Positions 12,393 through 26,703 are shown, counted from the first letter of the stretch. The stretch: DNA of 64,000 nucleotides from Geosiphon pyriformis uo1 (GCA_016748015.1 JAAOMT010000557.1:186001-250000), one strand, 5' to 3'. A program made the numbers and translations. The notes: generated by a model not told the origin, from the sequence alone.

Positions 12393-14119
12393 CTACTTAG
12401 GGATGACTTGAAATACTTCATAGTCGTCCAATTTAAAGCCATTTTGTGTATCCTTTTCTTCGTGCCACTTTAAAACCGCTTCAAAATCATCCAAATCATA
12501 GAAAATACATTTCTGGTAGTTATTATGATTATACCAGCAAGATGCAATGATATTGCAGTTATCACCGATGAACAAATCCGAATAAAAGTATGGGCCATAA
12601 TCTTGACGGTAAGCAATCGCATTGTTTCTTGAGTGACTACGTGACAATCTAACATTTTTCAAATCTAGTCCATCTCCTAATGAAAATATGAAAGCGTCTG
12701 GGGCGCGCTGATATTGTTCTTGAAAAGATTGTTGATAACTATAGGCAGCAGATCTGGAAGCCCAAGGCGATGATGTGGTGATAGTCTTTAGACCCTTGGC
12801 TTTTCCTCCCCAATTACTTGGATTATAGCCTCCAACAATTTTTCCAGATCCGCTGATTTTTGCTATCACTAAAGTGTTAGTTACATCAGCGCATAGTTCA
12901 CGGAACACAGCCGCAGCGAATCCATCTCGACTAGCGCGATATATCAATTTAAACTTATATTGATACTGCGATATGATTGGATCTATAGATTCATCAATCC
13001 ACGAAGCGATGAGGGTTGCATGTTTTGGCTTGATAATATTTGATCCAATGGAACCAGAACGAGGAGGCAAAATACTCCTTGGTATTTGTTGATGCCCACC
13101 TTTGAGATGATATCCAAGGATTTCCTTTCTCATGAACTTGGGCAAGATTTTTTTATAAGGGACCACATACTCAAAGTAATCTTCTCCTGAGATGGCAGAA
13201 TATCTTATAAGAGAAACACATTCATGAAGAGTTTGTTCAAGGGCTATAAAATCGTCTGGGCTCCAAAGAGTTACATCTTTACTAGCGATCTCAGGTGTGT
13301 TGCTGATACCCCACCTCACGAGTGAGTTCCAGATTTCAACCTCTTCCATCCCAAGATCATCACGCTTTAACAAGGCAACTAGTACGGAATCCTCAAACGA
13401 AAGAAAATTTTCAGACTCGAATATTAAGTATGGCTCATCACTTACCATTTTAAGGCAATGATTTTTTAGCTTAGGAAAAGCTTCATCGTGACGGGTAATT
13501 GTGTGTAATAAGGTCACAATATTATGCCGAAGCCATACGGATTTATGTGCAATTAAAAAATCTTGTGCGTGGGTTACTAGTTCAAGAATCTCGAGTTCGT
13601 CAGCTGCAATCAAAAGGTAAAGAATTTCTTGACATGAATATTTCTCCAGGTTTACCAAGCCAATATAAAAGTATCTGTTACGATAATATTATAGTCAAAC
13701 AAAATGGATGTTTGAAAGGGGCCATGAAGAACTCATAAATACAAAAGCATAATAAAAACATACTTGAGTATCGCTTCAAAAACACATGGAAGAATATTGG
13801 GCTTTTTAAAGACGAATAGACCGTCCTCTTTCTTGGCCCATTCTTGGGACAAAGCTCGGCGAAAATAGGGCGAACGAGCTCGTAACAGCAGAGAATGTGC
13901 TTTTATTTTTTTAAAATGTGCTGGAATTTCAGCATCGACGATCTGATTTGGCTTAGAGGTATGTAGAGTGGGTGGAAGGGGAGAAGAGCTATCTTTTACA
14001 AAGCCTGAAGGGCCTGTGGTGCCGTTGGGATCCCCTGCCCATATTACAACATCGTATACGTCTGAGTTTTCTAGCAGAGCTGTTAAATCATAAATGAAAG
14101 TTTGTGCAAAATTTGCCAT
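12393..14119 (-). CDS. BTB/POZ-BACK-TLDc domain protein, 2 exons (14119-13764, 13674-12393)
   Basis: BTB: DVVIWAG..IKAHSLLLRARSPYFRRALS..KPNILPCVFEAILKYFYIG; BACK: LLKRDDLGMEEVEIWNSLVRWG; TLDc: FKLIYRASRDGF...IVGGYNP...AFIFSL...GPYF..DL...DDYEVFQV; GTATGT..TAACAG intron. Confidence 0.9.
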
Positions 14120-14463
14120 AAATTGGTTTGGGTAATAAACTTATTCTAGGACAAGAAAAGCGTGTGCTTAGCCTTTCCAGCTCGCCTACAATGAAAATTC
14201 ATTTCTAAGGGACCTGCAGGGGTAATCCCAAACTGCAGGAGATTGTAGTACGATAGCTGGGAGATGACTCGGATGCGTGAGAAAATTTGTGCATTTTCTC
14301 ACGTTCATTTATATATACCACATGATCAGTTCTCGCATTGTCCCCTTTATCAGATACTATAATAAGGTTGCTCCACTAGGACGGTTTTTTTAAGTGACAA
14401 TATAAAGCTTGTACGCTATTTAAAGGCAATGGATCACTTCAATTTGTATCTCCTCTTAACAAA

Positions 14464-16436
14464 ATGTCCCTAAATAAAGCTGCTCTAAAAGATATATTCC
14501 AGGAACTTGATTTAAAGGAAGAAAACTACGGAGTTTACCATGGGAATTGGGAAGGTCATGGTGAAATGGTGGAATCTGTGAGCCCCATTGACGGAACTAT
14601 ACTTGGTAAAGTCATTATGGTAAGAAAAAAGTAAGTCTACTGAACAATTCATTCAAAGAGAGAATATTCGGTCATTGTCCTAATTTCATATAGGGAAGCC
14701 AAGATGATTTGCAAAAAACTATCTCTAAAGTAGAAGAAGCAAAATTTATATGGAGCCAGGTAAGTTTTGGTTTTGGTATTATTTGAACTTGATATATTCA
14801 TTAAACTTTTTCTCTTGCGGATGAAAATAAAGGTACCTACTCCCAAACGCGGCGAAATTGTTCGTCAAATGCGAGATGCCCTCAATGCTAAACGAGAACC
14901 TTTAGGAAAACTTGTTTCCATTGAAATGGGAAAAATTTTGCCAGAAGGAATTGGTGAGGTGCAAGAATATATCGATATGGCGGATTATGCTGTGGGTCTA
15001 AGTAGAATGATAAACGGCCAAATTCTACCTAGCGAACGTAAGGGTTATATAATGGTTCTTTTCTGTATCTTACAATAATCCTAATAAAATTTGCCTTTTT
15101 TCAATGAAGGACCTGGTCATTTCATGTTGGAACAGTGGAATCCTCTTGGAGTAGTAGGTGTCATTACAGCTTTTAATTTTCCGGTTGCGGTTTACGGCTG
15201 GAATTCTACAATCGCGCTTGTTTGTGGTAACACAGTCTTATGGAAAGGAGCACCCACTACAAATCTTACTTCAGTGGCTGTGACGAAAATTTTAGCTTCC
15301 GTTTTGGAAGAAAATGATCTTCCAGGGGCTATTTGCTCGCTTGTGTGCGGAGGCGCCGACATAGGGGAAGGTATAGCAAAAGATCGTAGAATAAATTTAG
15401 TTAGCTTCACAGGAAGCACTCCAGTTGGCCGAAAAGTTGGAGGGATAGTCCAAGAAAGATTCGGCAAAAGTTTGCTCGAACTGGGCGGAAATAACGCGAT
15501 TATTGTCATGGATGATGCCGACCAAGAGCTTGCGCTTCGATCGGTCTTGTTTGCAGCTGTAGGCACCGCAGGGCAACGTTGTACCACAACCAGAAGGCTA
15601 TTTCTCCACTCCCGGATACATGATGAACTTTTGGAAAAATTAAAGAAAGCCTATAAACAAGTGAAAATCGGGAATCCATTAGAATCAGGGGTACTATGCG
15701 GTCCATTACATACAAAAGCGGCTGTAGACGTATATCGAAAAGGCATTGAAGAGGTCAAAGCACAAGGGGGAACCATAATTTATGGAGGCCAAGTGATTGA
15801 TGATAAAAAAGGTAATTATGTGATGCCTACTTTAACTACCATCAAACATAGTGCCCCCATTGTCCAAAAAGAGACGTTTGTACCGATATTACATGTAATC
15901 ATATTTGAGGTTAGTACATAATCAGAAAGAAAGGAAATTTTTGTAAACAGAAAGTTTAAATATTGTTGAATCATTTACCTTACTACAGACCCTAGAAGAA
16001 GCGATCGCGATGAACAACTCCGTTGCACAAGGATTAAGTAGCAGCTTGTTCACCACGAAAATGGAAAACATTTTCAGATGGATCGGGTAAGTTCAAATCA
16101 AAAACATTTTTACCGTTGTTTATTGGTGTATCTCTTATAAAGTTTTCTAAATTTTTAGACCTTCGGGTGCAGATTCTGGAATTGTTAATGTTAATGCTCC
16201 TACGAATGGCGCTGAAATAGGTGGTGCATTTGGAGGTGAGAAAGAAACAGGTGGAGGTCGTGAAGCGGGATCTGACAGTTGGAAGCAGGTACGTGTTGGG
16301 GTTTTGAGATAGGCGAGTTTTCCGTCAGGGTTCTCAAAATACTTATTTTATAATAAAACAGTATATGCGACGCGCAACGTGCACTATAAATTACTCCGGT
16401 GCCCTTCCTCTGGCACAAGGGATCAAATTTGAATGA
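14464..16436 (+). CDS. ALDH7A1: Aldehyde dehydrogenase family 7 (antiquitin, alpha-aminoadipic semialdehyde dehydrogenase), 7 exons
   Basis: [97 protein letters not shown]; six GT-AG introns; start codon less certain. Confidence 0.95.
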
Positions 16437-16644
16437 ATCGAACCAATTTGTATAAATTTCCTAAATAAAAGTTTCTGAACTACAGATGTATGCTTCACGA
16501 AAGACATTTATTGAATTCTTCTAAAAATGAGGACATTAGAAAAGGACTCTTAAATAGTCAACTCAAGTGTACAATTATTTCCATAGTCAAAATCTTTATG
16601 GGTAAAGATATTGTGAGAATACTGTCAAAAATTGATAAATCATA

Positions 16645-17733
16645 TCAGAAACTTTCCTTCTCGTCGTCTTCTTTCTTGGTCTTTTTGATGACTTCTTTAT
16701 ATGCCAATTGTGCATCAACTCTCTTTTGGCGTTCCAGCTTTTGATATATTAAGTCACCCCACCGAAGTGATTCTTTGCAAATTGGGCAGACACCAGATGT
16801 GGGCAAACAACATGTGGGATTATTTTCAAGAAATAATTTAGCCAAACAGAAAATATGTGCGGCCATTCTACAAGTGGATCGCGTGCATGTAAGGTACTCG
16901 TCCGCCTTCCGATAGAAATAGCTCCAAGTTACTGAAAGACGAGAGAAAGCCAATAATCAAAGAAATTTGAATACCTCATTCAAAACATCCTTCTGGCAAA
17001 CCTTGCACAAGGTATTATTTTTTTGATGAAATTTATAAACCTCCCATTGTTTTTTTTGCAATGTGGCTTAAATAAATTTTAATTGATAGAATTAACAAAG
17101 CAATAAAATTTTCACGATGTATTAATAACCCAATATTATTTTTTAATACCTCGTCCGACCCCATTATCAGTGAACGAAAATGGCATATCTTTAGTTGGTC
17201 CACAGGTAACAAGCATGTGTTGTGGAAGTTTTGTGAAGTCCACAGAAAGGTTTTCGTCGGTAACAATTCGCAGCTTCAATGGCCATTTTTTAAAATAAAC
17301 AAAATTCAAAAGCTTTCGAAGGGTTTCTAGTTTACTGCTTAGTAAATAGGCTCCCCTTTTCTTCTTAGAAGGCGAATCAAAGTGACGTGTGTTCTGTTTT
17401 TGCCAATTCCATTCAAACTGAAGAGCTGCTCTGGCTGAAGGGAACCCGTAAACCAATAACACATATTCCCAAGGTCCCTTAGGTCCAGTTTTGATCGCAC
17501 CCATTGTTAGCTCACGATTATGTTGTCGAAGACGACGAATTGGATTTGGTGTGGTGCCTTTTTTGGATGGTTAAAAAAGCAGTCAGTAAAGAATTTTAAA
17601 TTATTCAAATGGATTGCTTTTACCTACCAATGTAAACGTGGTTTCTGTATTCTTCTTTAAGAGAGCGAAGCAGGTAACAACAGTAGAACTCACAAATACT
17701 TGATTCAGAGCCTTGAGTAGATTCTTTTGCCAT
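16645..17733 (-). CDS. SLX1: SLX1 structure-specific endonuclease (GIY-YIG + RING-like), 4 exons
   Basis: [51 protein letters not shown]; C-terminal [24 protein letters not shown]...WGDL; three GT-AG introns restore the frame. Confidence 0.92.
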
Positions 17734-17939
17734 GGTCTTTGGTAGAATAAACCAAGAAAAAAAGGAATCAAAACAAAATCTTATCGTGTTTCTTTAATTC
17801 AACCAATAGGGCGTACTGCAACAAAGTGAACATGTGAGGTCGAATTTATAGATGTAAGGCGAAAAAAAACACCCCCTTTTTTCTTTTTTTTTTCGCCAAT
17901 TAAATGCTCTCATTCAAAAAAGATGTATATATTAGTTAT

Positions 17940-18304
17940 TAGTAAACAATGTTTTTTTCAACTATTTTTTTTAATTGTAATAATATATAATTTTATTGTT
18001 GTTACAGTTAAAAATCATAGTTTTTATTAATTAACACATATATTTAACTATTTGTATTTTATATTAATTACTCTATTTTTAAATTGTAATTATTAATTTA
18101 ATTATTAACTTAATTGTTAATTTGATTATTAAATAATAAATTTTTTAGTTATAAAAAACATGTAGTCTATATAATAAATATATTTAATACTTTTTTATAT
18201 TATTTATTCTTTTTTTCCAATTTTTTACTTTTAAATATCTAAACATTTATAAATAAAAAATTATTTATTGGTATTTACATATGTTTTTTTCTTAATTTAT
18301 AATA
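17940..18304. other. Extreme AT-rich tract
   Basis: Near-pure A/T between the SLX1 upstream region and a LINE poly(A) tail. Confidence 0.75.
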
Positions 18305-21300
18305 TTTTTTTTTTCCATTTAACGAGTGAAGTCCAAATACTGCCTAGTGCAATACATCATATAAATGATCTAAACTAAGTGTGAATCATGTACTTTTTAC
18401 ACATAACTAGTCACTCGGACCAATTAGGACAATACTATACACTTATATAAACAAAAACTTCATCATCTATGCCTAAAAAAAATAAACAAGACTTACGAAA
18501 ACCGAAACCAACCCCAATTGCCTTAGCAACACCCAGCAATTCAATCATGTCTGCTGACAACATTGAAGGAAGCCCAGAAATTGAGATAGAAACAGATCTA
18601 TTACATAGAATAAGTCCATTTTTTTCTATAAAAACATGGTGTTTGGCACAAACCAACAAAATATCTTCCCAAAAAACATGACTAAACTCATGTACAAAGG
18701 CCACAATGTTCTGACTCGCCACTTTGGAATCCTTAAAAACAGAGACAGACTCATGAAACCAATCCTTGAAAACAAAACTCTTGTACAGAGCAGTGCTGAC
18801 CAAAACATCAGACAAACAAGTGAACAACAGCTGCGAGACAACTGAAAAAAAACAATCCAGACCAGATTGCACTCTCCAAGCTGATGCATAAGAGTCTAAC
18901 AAATGTGCATGATCATCGGCATCAAACAAACAAGAAAAAACATGGTTTAAAACTTTGACATCACTATAGAACAAACACACTACACTAAGGTAATTCTTGT
19001 CATAAAGCTGTTTATGCATGGCAACAGGGAGTTGAAAGTGCAATCCCTTTATAAAATACGTCCGGAAGCCAGAAGTCCACTTGCTAATAAAGCCAGCAAT
19101 CATGTGAGAATCCAAATGCCATACCAATGAAGATCTGAACCAATCAATATCTGCATGCAGACTGTTTACTATCACTTGCAAACCAGAACCAATTTCCCAA
19201 TGTGCATAATGAACTGACTGAAAAACATCCTAAACAAAATGCCTAGAATTACTAGAAATGGCAGCACCATCAATCCTAAGATAGTGTTTATTGATAGAAT
19301 GGAGCAGAGTCCAGCTAAAGAGAGCCACAGCTCTGGCCAACTCATCCACACACTTATTGTCCAAAACACCTGAATAATCTTCAATCTTATACTAATTAAC
19401 ATTCAAATTCTTACTATGAACGACATTTACAATGTGGTAATGTTCAATCCAATACTGATTTCTAAAATCTGAGCAAACCAAATCCAATTTTAACTTGCAA
19501 GCATCCAAAGCCGCTTGACTGTCTGAAAACAAATTGATTGAGTGAGAAAGAAAGACACACTCGAGAGCTAGAGCAATGGCTTGCAACTTTGTCAAGGTAG
19601 AAGACATCAAACCAGAAACTCCCATCTCCAAACCCATACCAATGTTCTCAAAAAAAACAGCAGTCTCAGCTTTCATATTAACAGACCCCAAGCTACTCAA
19701 AGATCCATCCGTATAGACAGAAAGACAACCAACATTAAAGCACAACAAATTGGCACTAACAGCACTAAACCCACAAAAATGAAGAATGTTTGAAGAGCTA
19801 TTATCATCCAAAGGCAAGGAATAGACAGAAAAAGAGGACACACCACCAAGAAATCAAACAGAAAGCTCAAACCAGGCAGGAACTAGACCACACAGGTCCA
19901 ACCATTTTTACTACTTGAAGGTTTTCCAATCAAAAATAGCTCCATTTCAGTCAAGCAGCTGTTCTACGAAGACAATTCCATAATGCCGAAGTGAAAAGAC
20001 ACACTTAAAATAGGTTAATTCACCAAGAACACTAAACATAAGAGTTCCATCTTGATGACGAAAAACATCAGTCAGAAAGCCACTCAAGGACAAATCACTT
20101 CCAGAGAAAATGCACACCATACTAGCTAGAAAATTATTCAGAGGATTGACCTTGACACAAACCGGGTACTGCAAAAGATGAAGTGGACACCAGCAGAGAA
20201 CCTGAAGATTATGTAACCAGTAAGAGAATAGATAACCCAAAATACCAACAGAGTTTGCAAAAGAAATAACTGAGGCCAATTTATTCTCAGCCTGAATCTG
20301 TTCAAAAGTCTTCAAACTGTACAGAAAAAGATGATGAATTGTATCACTAAGGAAGTCATATGGCAGGTCAGACTTAGATTTCAAGCTCTTATAAATCAAG
20401 GTGTCTCACTTCTTACAAACACTGATAGAAATATAACTGAATTGTGTCTTATAACCAATGATAAGAAAGAGAACCACCAAAACCAAATAAGAAAACTGCT
20501 TATCAGATACTGCCTTCTTGAGGACCAGATTAGCAAAAAACCAGATATTAGAATGTGCTTTAGCCAAGCTAGGTTTGGAAAGACCCTCAGTCGACAAATA
20601 AATCCCTAAATAGCAATGCAATTTCTCTTTCTTGGCAATAGAAATAGGTGATCCACTGATTAACAGAGAAGAATCCACAACCTTGCAATTGATGAAAATG
20701 GCCACAGTCTTATCATTATTAATTGAAATATCATTGATATCAAAAAATTCACTAGCAACATTAAAAATGTGCTGTATAGCATTTCGACTACTACCAACCC
20801 ATATAGTATTATCAACAAAAACACCCACAGCAAAAAAAGAGGAGAGACCAGCCCGAGATTTGGCATGACCACATTCAGAAATAAAGTAAGAATTCAAGTT
20901 ATATTCACACCCATCCACCTGTCTTTTGACCTCACACAGAAGAGAATCATAAAATATGTGCCAAAGAAGCAGTGAAAACATCTCCCCTTGGTCTAAACCA
21001 TCGTGCACTTTGTATTTATCCATCAAACCAAAATCTGTCATTACCCTATTGATGCAATCATTATGAATACCACCAAAAAATTTAATAAACCTGTTACACA
21101 TCTTTATTCTAACCAAACTGTTATGAAGATGCTCACACCCAACAGAATCATAAGCCTTTTACATGTCCTGCAAAACCAACCAGAGTTTACAACTTTTCTC
21201 CAAAGCATCTTCAACCACTGAACCAATGGCAAAAATGGGTGACTGTGTCATCATACCCCTTAGGAACAAAAAATTGTCTCCACACAAAACATCAAAAGTA

Positions 21301-22856
21301 CTACATGCCAATAAGATCCTATCCAAGAGAATTTTGGAAAGAATCTTGTGGGCAGTTTCAATCAAGGCAATAGATCAAGTGTTTATGAGAACTCCATTTC
21401 ATTCATATGGCTTAGGAATTATTAATATCCAAGCTTCCTTCTAAGCATTGAGTACTGATTCATGGATTAAACAAGAGTTTATAAGCACCAAAAGCATATC
21501 CAAAATTGATCTATTATAATGTTTTCAGAGTTCATTTGAAATTCCAGAGAGACCAGCAGCTTTACCCTTAGGAAGATCAGAAATCACACTGAGCAACTTG
21601 TTAACACCAACAGAACACATCATGCCAAAAAAAGCACCATCAAAAACATACTCCAGAGGCCAGTATTGGCACAACCATTTATCTAAGATGTCAGGCATAA
21701 CCTTGTGCTTTCTGGTCCAACTTTCCATGATCCCATCCACCCTAGATTTAACTAGGCTTGGCTCTAATACCAATTCATTACTTACAACCAGATGATCCAG
21801 TACCACTTTGTGAAAGAAGTGCTCCAAAACACTTCTGATGGTATAACCCTTATCTGATTCAAAACTTTCCATTCTCTTATTAATAGCTGCTTTGATACAT
21901 GCTTTCTCAGTATGCCTGGATTCTAGCAACTTAGAAAAGCAGTAAAATTTCTTTATCTTAGCCAAAGCCGAGCAAATCATGTTGAAATCAGAACTTGAAA
22001 GAAATAAAGACTTTACCACTAATGCACCATTAGCATCGAGCCCACACCATGTATCCAACAATGAAGCAAATTTCACACTAAAGACCAAATAAGAAGTCTT
22101 AACCAGCTTAGACATCAGCAACTCTAGTCTATAAAACCTTGGTGAAAACCCCATCAAAATTCTTGAACCATTTCTTCCTAAATATCTCATTAGCTGAAAC
22201 AGTTATTATCTTGCACAAAACATTCTACATGATATCCAAATCTGAGAGTTGTACAGTGGCAGCAAACTCATTAGTAAACATTCCAACATTGGCCAAAGTG
22301 GCATCTTTAAAACTTTTCTATTTACTGTTATCAACACCTCTGAAATCAAACTTCCAACAATTCCTATTAGCCTGCCTACAAAGGGAGTTTAACTAAGTAT
22401 CTAGCAAACTGCTCAGGCTCACAGAAACAGAAACTGCCCAATGATCAGTGTTGAAATGTTCACTCACATTCACAACATTGTGATCCACTACTGCATTGAC
22501 CAAATTAGATAAAACTAGCACAAAATCAATTGTTTTTTTCACACCTCTTGAATTTTCCCATGTAGGACTTTTCACTACTGGGCTACCTAACAGAGTGAAC
22601 CAGCCCCAAGTCTAGACATCTTTTAAAACTCATACTCTTATGCAAACCGTCCTCATTAAAATCATCACCCAAAACAATGAAAGAAGATTCATTAACAGTC
22701 TTAGCAATAAGAGAGTTGACTTCATCAGTCTGAGAGAACCAAACCATTAAAGAAGCACCAGCATATAGTCCCAAAATAGACACAGAAAGTTTATTCTTGA
22801 AAAGCAGTTTAATAGACAAGAGCCAACCAAGCACCTCAGTAACTTTGCACACATCT
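18305..22856 (-). mobile_element. LINE, 3' portion (ORF2 from mid-endonuclease to poly(A)); split by the LTR nest and continued at 50023-52360
   Basis: Fragments with GDDFN, TWENS..IDFVLV, LWLVLQDM, GVFVDNT, VYTDGS, CLFY..NHVFSC; 3' tail and T-run 18305-18314; ORF2 reads ...MNISLVRH (50023 side) | VCKV (22852 side). Confidence 0.92.
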
Positions 22857-23830
22857 TGTTACCAGTAGAATTTTAGCTATTAATTAGCATAAATTTACTT
22901 TTATAATTGCTATTATTAATTAGCATACATTATTATTAATTTGATTATCACTTATTATTTAATCAAATTATCAAATATCATTACTCAATCAATAATCCGA
23001 TTTGTACTCTAGAAATTAAGATAATCAAATTACACAATACCCTGAACCTTTTAACATAGTCAAAATTTGCCGAAATTAATGAAAATTTGCTGAAATAATC
23101 AATAGTTCAGTGAAATAACTTGTAAATTTGCCAAAATGTATCTTTAGTTCACCCAAATTGTAGCAAAGAGAAAAGTGCAAGTTCAAAGACTAGTACTATA
23201 ACAAGTTGTATAAAAAAAGAGCTTCTTTCTTCAAGGAAATATATTTTCTCATAATATCTTACCATAGTATCTTACTTTAGATATCTTAATTAAAACAAAT
23301 CACTTTTTACAAAATCAAATAAAAATTAAATATTTAAAAACCAAATCCTCAAAATTATTACACTTAAAATTCCCTCAAACACAACTAACGTTTTTAAAAT
23401 TGATTAGCTACTAATTTCAATAAGCTGTTAGTAACTCCAGGCCTGAATAGAAAACATTTCCCTTGATAAAATCCTATTTCTTTTACATTTCTTTTATTTT
23501 TCTTTTATTTTCTTATTACAATCATTAGAGTAGCCTACAGATGAGATTCCTGTAGAAGAGTTAACTTTTATAGCAAAGTAACTACACATTTTTAGTGAGC
23601 TTCCAGATGAGCAATTTCTGGGAAAGAGTTGACATTTACTACAATGTAACTACATAAAGTAACTGGCAAGGAATTGGCATTCTACTTATAAGCCCAGCAA
23701 TTCAAATTATAGGAGATAATTTGAAGATAAATTCAGTTACTGGAGGTTCAACTACTTTTAGAAAATGTGAATTTGCAACCAACAGACATTTACAATATTT
23801 AAGAAAAGAGACCAAAAACCTCCAGTAACA
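22857..23830 (+). repeat. 5' LTR of element A (974 bp)
   Basis: TGTTACCAG...CCAGTAACA; direct repeat of 49055-50022. Confidence 0.95.
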
Positions 23831-23875
23831 TTTAATGCTCTCTTACAAAAATAACACAGCAACAACAAATTCAAA

Positions 23876-25035
23876 ATGGCAACCACACCAGACACAACAA
23901 CTTTAGAGTATTATCAGTCAATTTACACCCACTGCAAGCAAAGATTCAACATTCCAGACGGAATTAAAGTTGTCAAGAAATCAGTATACCAATACATAGA
24001 AAATCACATCAACAATTATTTTTTGAAAACTACAACATTTCAGAAATTAGAAGCAATCTTTACAATAATTTAGTGCACTATTCACAATTGGAAACAGAAA
24101 ACCTGAACAGTAAAACACTTGCTACCTATTTCTAAGAACTTAATTTTAATATTATTGAGTATTGTGAAGAAAAATACCCAGTACAGTCCAAATACTTTTT
24201 TAACTTTGAATCAGAAACAGAGACAAGCAACAAAGGCAAACAAAAAGTGAAACAATACTCAAGAACCACTCCAAACACTCCAATACTACCAAAGACAACT
24301 GCCAAACACTTGCAAACACCTGAACAAGAAACCAGTGTCAAATTACCACTTTCTATTACACCATTTCTAATTTCACTTGTTCAACCACAAACACCAAGTT
24401 CACCACTTAACTGTTTCTCCAGACCAGAAGATTTTCAGTCACTTAGAAATCCTACTCAACAACAAGAACCAATATCAACAAGTGCCAATATCATTGATTA
24501 TTTACAGAAAAACAAAAGTAATCATTCAGAAAGCTTGGAAAGTAAAAAAACTGAATCAGAACTAAAAGAAATCACAGGAAACAAAGAAGAAATGGCAACT
24601 GCTTACATTGCAAAAATTCCAGAATTCACTGATGAAAACAATAATACCAGTTCTCAAGAATGACTTGACAAAGTTCAAAAAGCAGGAGATACAAATGGTT
24701 GGATTGCAGCAAGAATGCTCAAAGCAATTTCCTACTTTCTCCAAGGAACAGCAAGAAAATGGTTTAAAAATTTAGAAGAACTATTTGAGAACTGGCAAGC
24801 ATTCAAAGATGCTTTCTTACAACAATTCACTAACAACAACACCTCTATCACTCTCCACAATCGCTTTCACAATATCAAACAAGAAACATCTGAAACTGTT
24901 ATAACCTATCTTAGGAGATTCAACAAACTTCTTCGACAAATTCAACAATTAGAAACCAATAACTACTATTCTAATGCTCAGATTTTGGATCAGTTTATAG
25001 CAGAATTAAAAAACAAATTGATTAAGAAAGTCCAT
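23876..25035 (+). pseudogene. Element A gag, N-terminal part (interrupted by element B)
   Basis: IAKIPEFT...EWLDKVQKAGD.NGW..RMLKAISYFLQGTARKWF..WQAFKDAFLQQF (retrotransposon gag); the frame resumes at 34945 (KKV|RPHAP). Confidence 0.85.
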
Positions 25036-26015
25036 TGTTACTGGAGGTTTTTGGTCTCTTTTCTTAAATGTTGTTTATGCTTGTTTGTTGTGAATTCACG
25101 TTTTTTGGATGTGGTTGAACCTCCAGTAACTGAATTTATCTTCAAATTATCTCCTATAATTTGAACTGCTGGGTGTATAGTAAAATGGCCAATTCCATGC
25201 CAGTTATTTGACTGTAGTTATGTTTTAATAAATGTCAACTCTTTCCCAAGAATCGCTCGTTTGGAAGCTCACTAAAAATGTGTAGTTATTTTGCTGTGAA
25301 AGTCAACTCTTTTACAGAAACCTTGTCTATAAGCTACTTTAATGATTGTAATAAGAAAAGAACAGAAAAATAAAAGAAATGTAAAAGAAATAGGATTTTA
25401 TCAAGGAAAACGTTTTCTATTCAGGCCTGGAGTCATTAACAGTTTACTAAAATTGGTAGCTAATCAATTTCAAAACATTAGTTGGGTTTTTGAAGATTTT
25501 TCAAGTGTAATAATTAAAGAATTTGGTTTTTTGAATTATTTAATATTTATTTTTTTTTGTGTGTGTAGAAATGGTTCTAAGTGCTAAATCTAAAATAAGA
25601 TACATTTTTTCAAAAAGAGAAGCTCTTCTTTTATACAACTTGTCATAACACTATTTTATGAACTTGAACTTTGCTATTTTCTACAATTTCATTAAACTAA
25701 AGATACATTTCGGTGAACTACAAGTTATTTCTGTGAACTATTAAATATTTTGGTGAAATATCAATTATTTTGGCAAATTTCTACAAATTTCAGCAAACTT
25801 TTTGAATGTTACATAGTTTGGAGTATTACATAATTGATCATCACAATTAGGTTACATTTATGTTATGTGCAAATTGGATTATTAATTAAATGATAATTTT
25901 GGACATTCTGCTAATGTAATAAGTGATAATTTGAATGATAATATATGCTAATTAATGATAAGAATTATAAAGATAATTTCATGCTAAATAATATCTCTAA
26001 TTTTGTCTGGTAACA
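25036..26015 (-). repeat. 3' LTR of element B
   Basis: Direct repeat of 33961-34940; preceded on the minus strand by PPT GAGAAGAAGG. Confidence 0.95.
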
Positions 26016-26703
26016 TAACCTTCTTCTCAAGACTGAACTCTATCAAAGTCCAAGTACTGTCTGTAATTTCCAGATAATAATCCAAAATTATTGAAAAAAT
26101 TTGGTCTGAAAATTGTTAAAATTTCAGTTCTGTGAGCTTTCCAATATATTGAATCTTCAAAGGTTGTAAAATTGGGTTTTGTAAGATGTTTTCACAGATG
26201 TGAAATAGGTCATAAAGTCTAAGAGCAGCTCTTAGTTTATAGCAGCTGTTTGTAGATCCAGCTGTTGTCTTGAATTTATTGTGGAGTTGTTTTTGAATAG
26301 CTTTTTTTGTGAGATTTGCTGCTGTAAGCTCCAGTTTTCATTCGTGAAGTGTTTTTCCAATGTAGAAATATCTATATATTGGGGGGTATTTGCTGTTTTC
26401 TTCATTAAGACACAGTTGAAGTTTTTGTTGAATAGTAGCATTTGGTGGAATACTAATAGGGGTGAGCAATAAGTTTTCTCTTAAAGCAAGCTTCAAAAGT
26501 TCTGGTAAATGAATTCCAGAATAATTTCTTGTGTTCTTTTTATAAGGGTAATACTTTTGTGAATTTGGGGTTAAATTTGTAACTATTTCTGTTTGGATAT
26601 AATTAATATGTTTTCCAGTGATAGTAATAGATAATTCGGGTATTGTTTTTAAAACTAACATTAATTTTTGAGATAACTGTTGAATATTTTGAGGAATAGT
26701 CAT
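25984..26703 (-). pseudogene. Element B ORF3 (unknown function, ~240 codons)
   Basis: MTIPQNIQQLSQKLMLVLKT...YRYFYIGKTL...RLYDLF...IQYIGKLT; homologous to 48367-49074; internal stops. Confidence 0.75.

Noticed and set aside
14322-14463. Upstream mitochondrial-targeting exon for ALDH7A1 (MISSRIVPFIRYYNK...)
   Set aside because: I could not find a splice combination that joins it in frame with confidence
17136-17733. GIY-YIG nuclease as a Penelope element or homing endonuclease
   Set aside because: It is a spliced, CpG-retaining gene with SLX1-specific motifs and a RING-like C-terminus, and has no linked RT
25342-25587. Duplicated 81-aa ORF (also 34267..34512)
   Set aside because: Antisense ORF inside the two B LTRs; the duplication is explained by LTR identity and there is no protein motif
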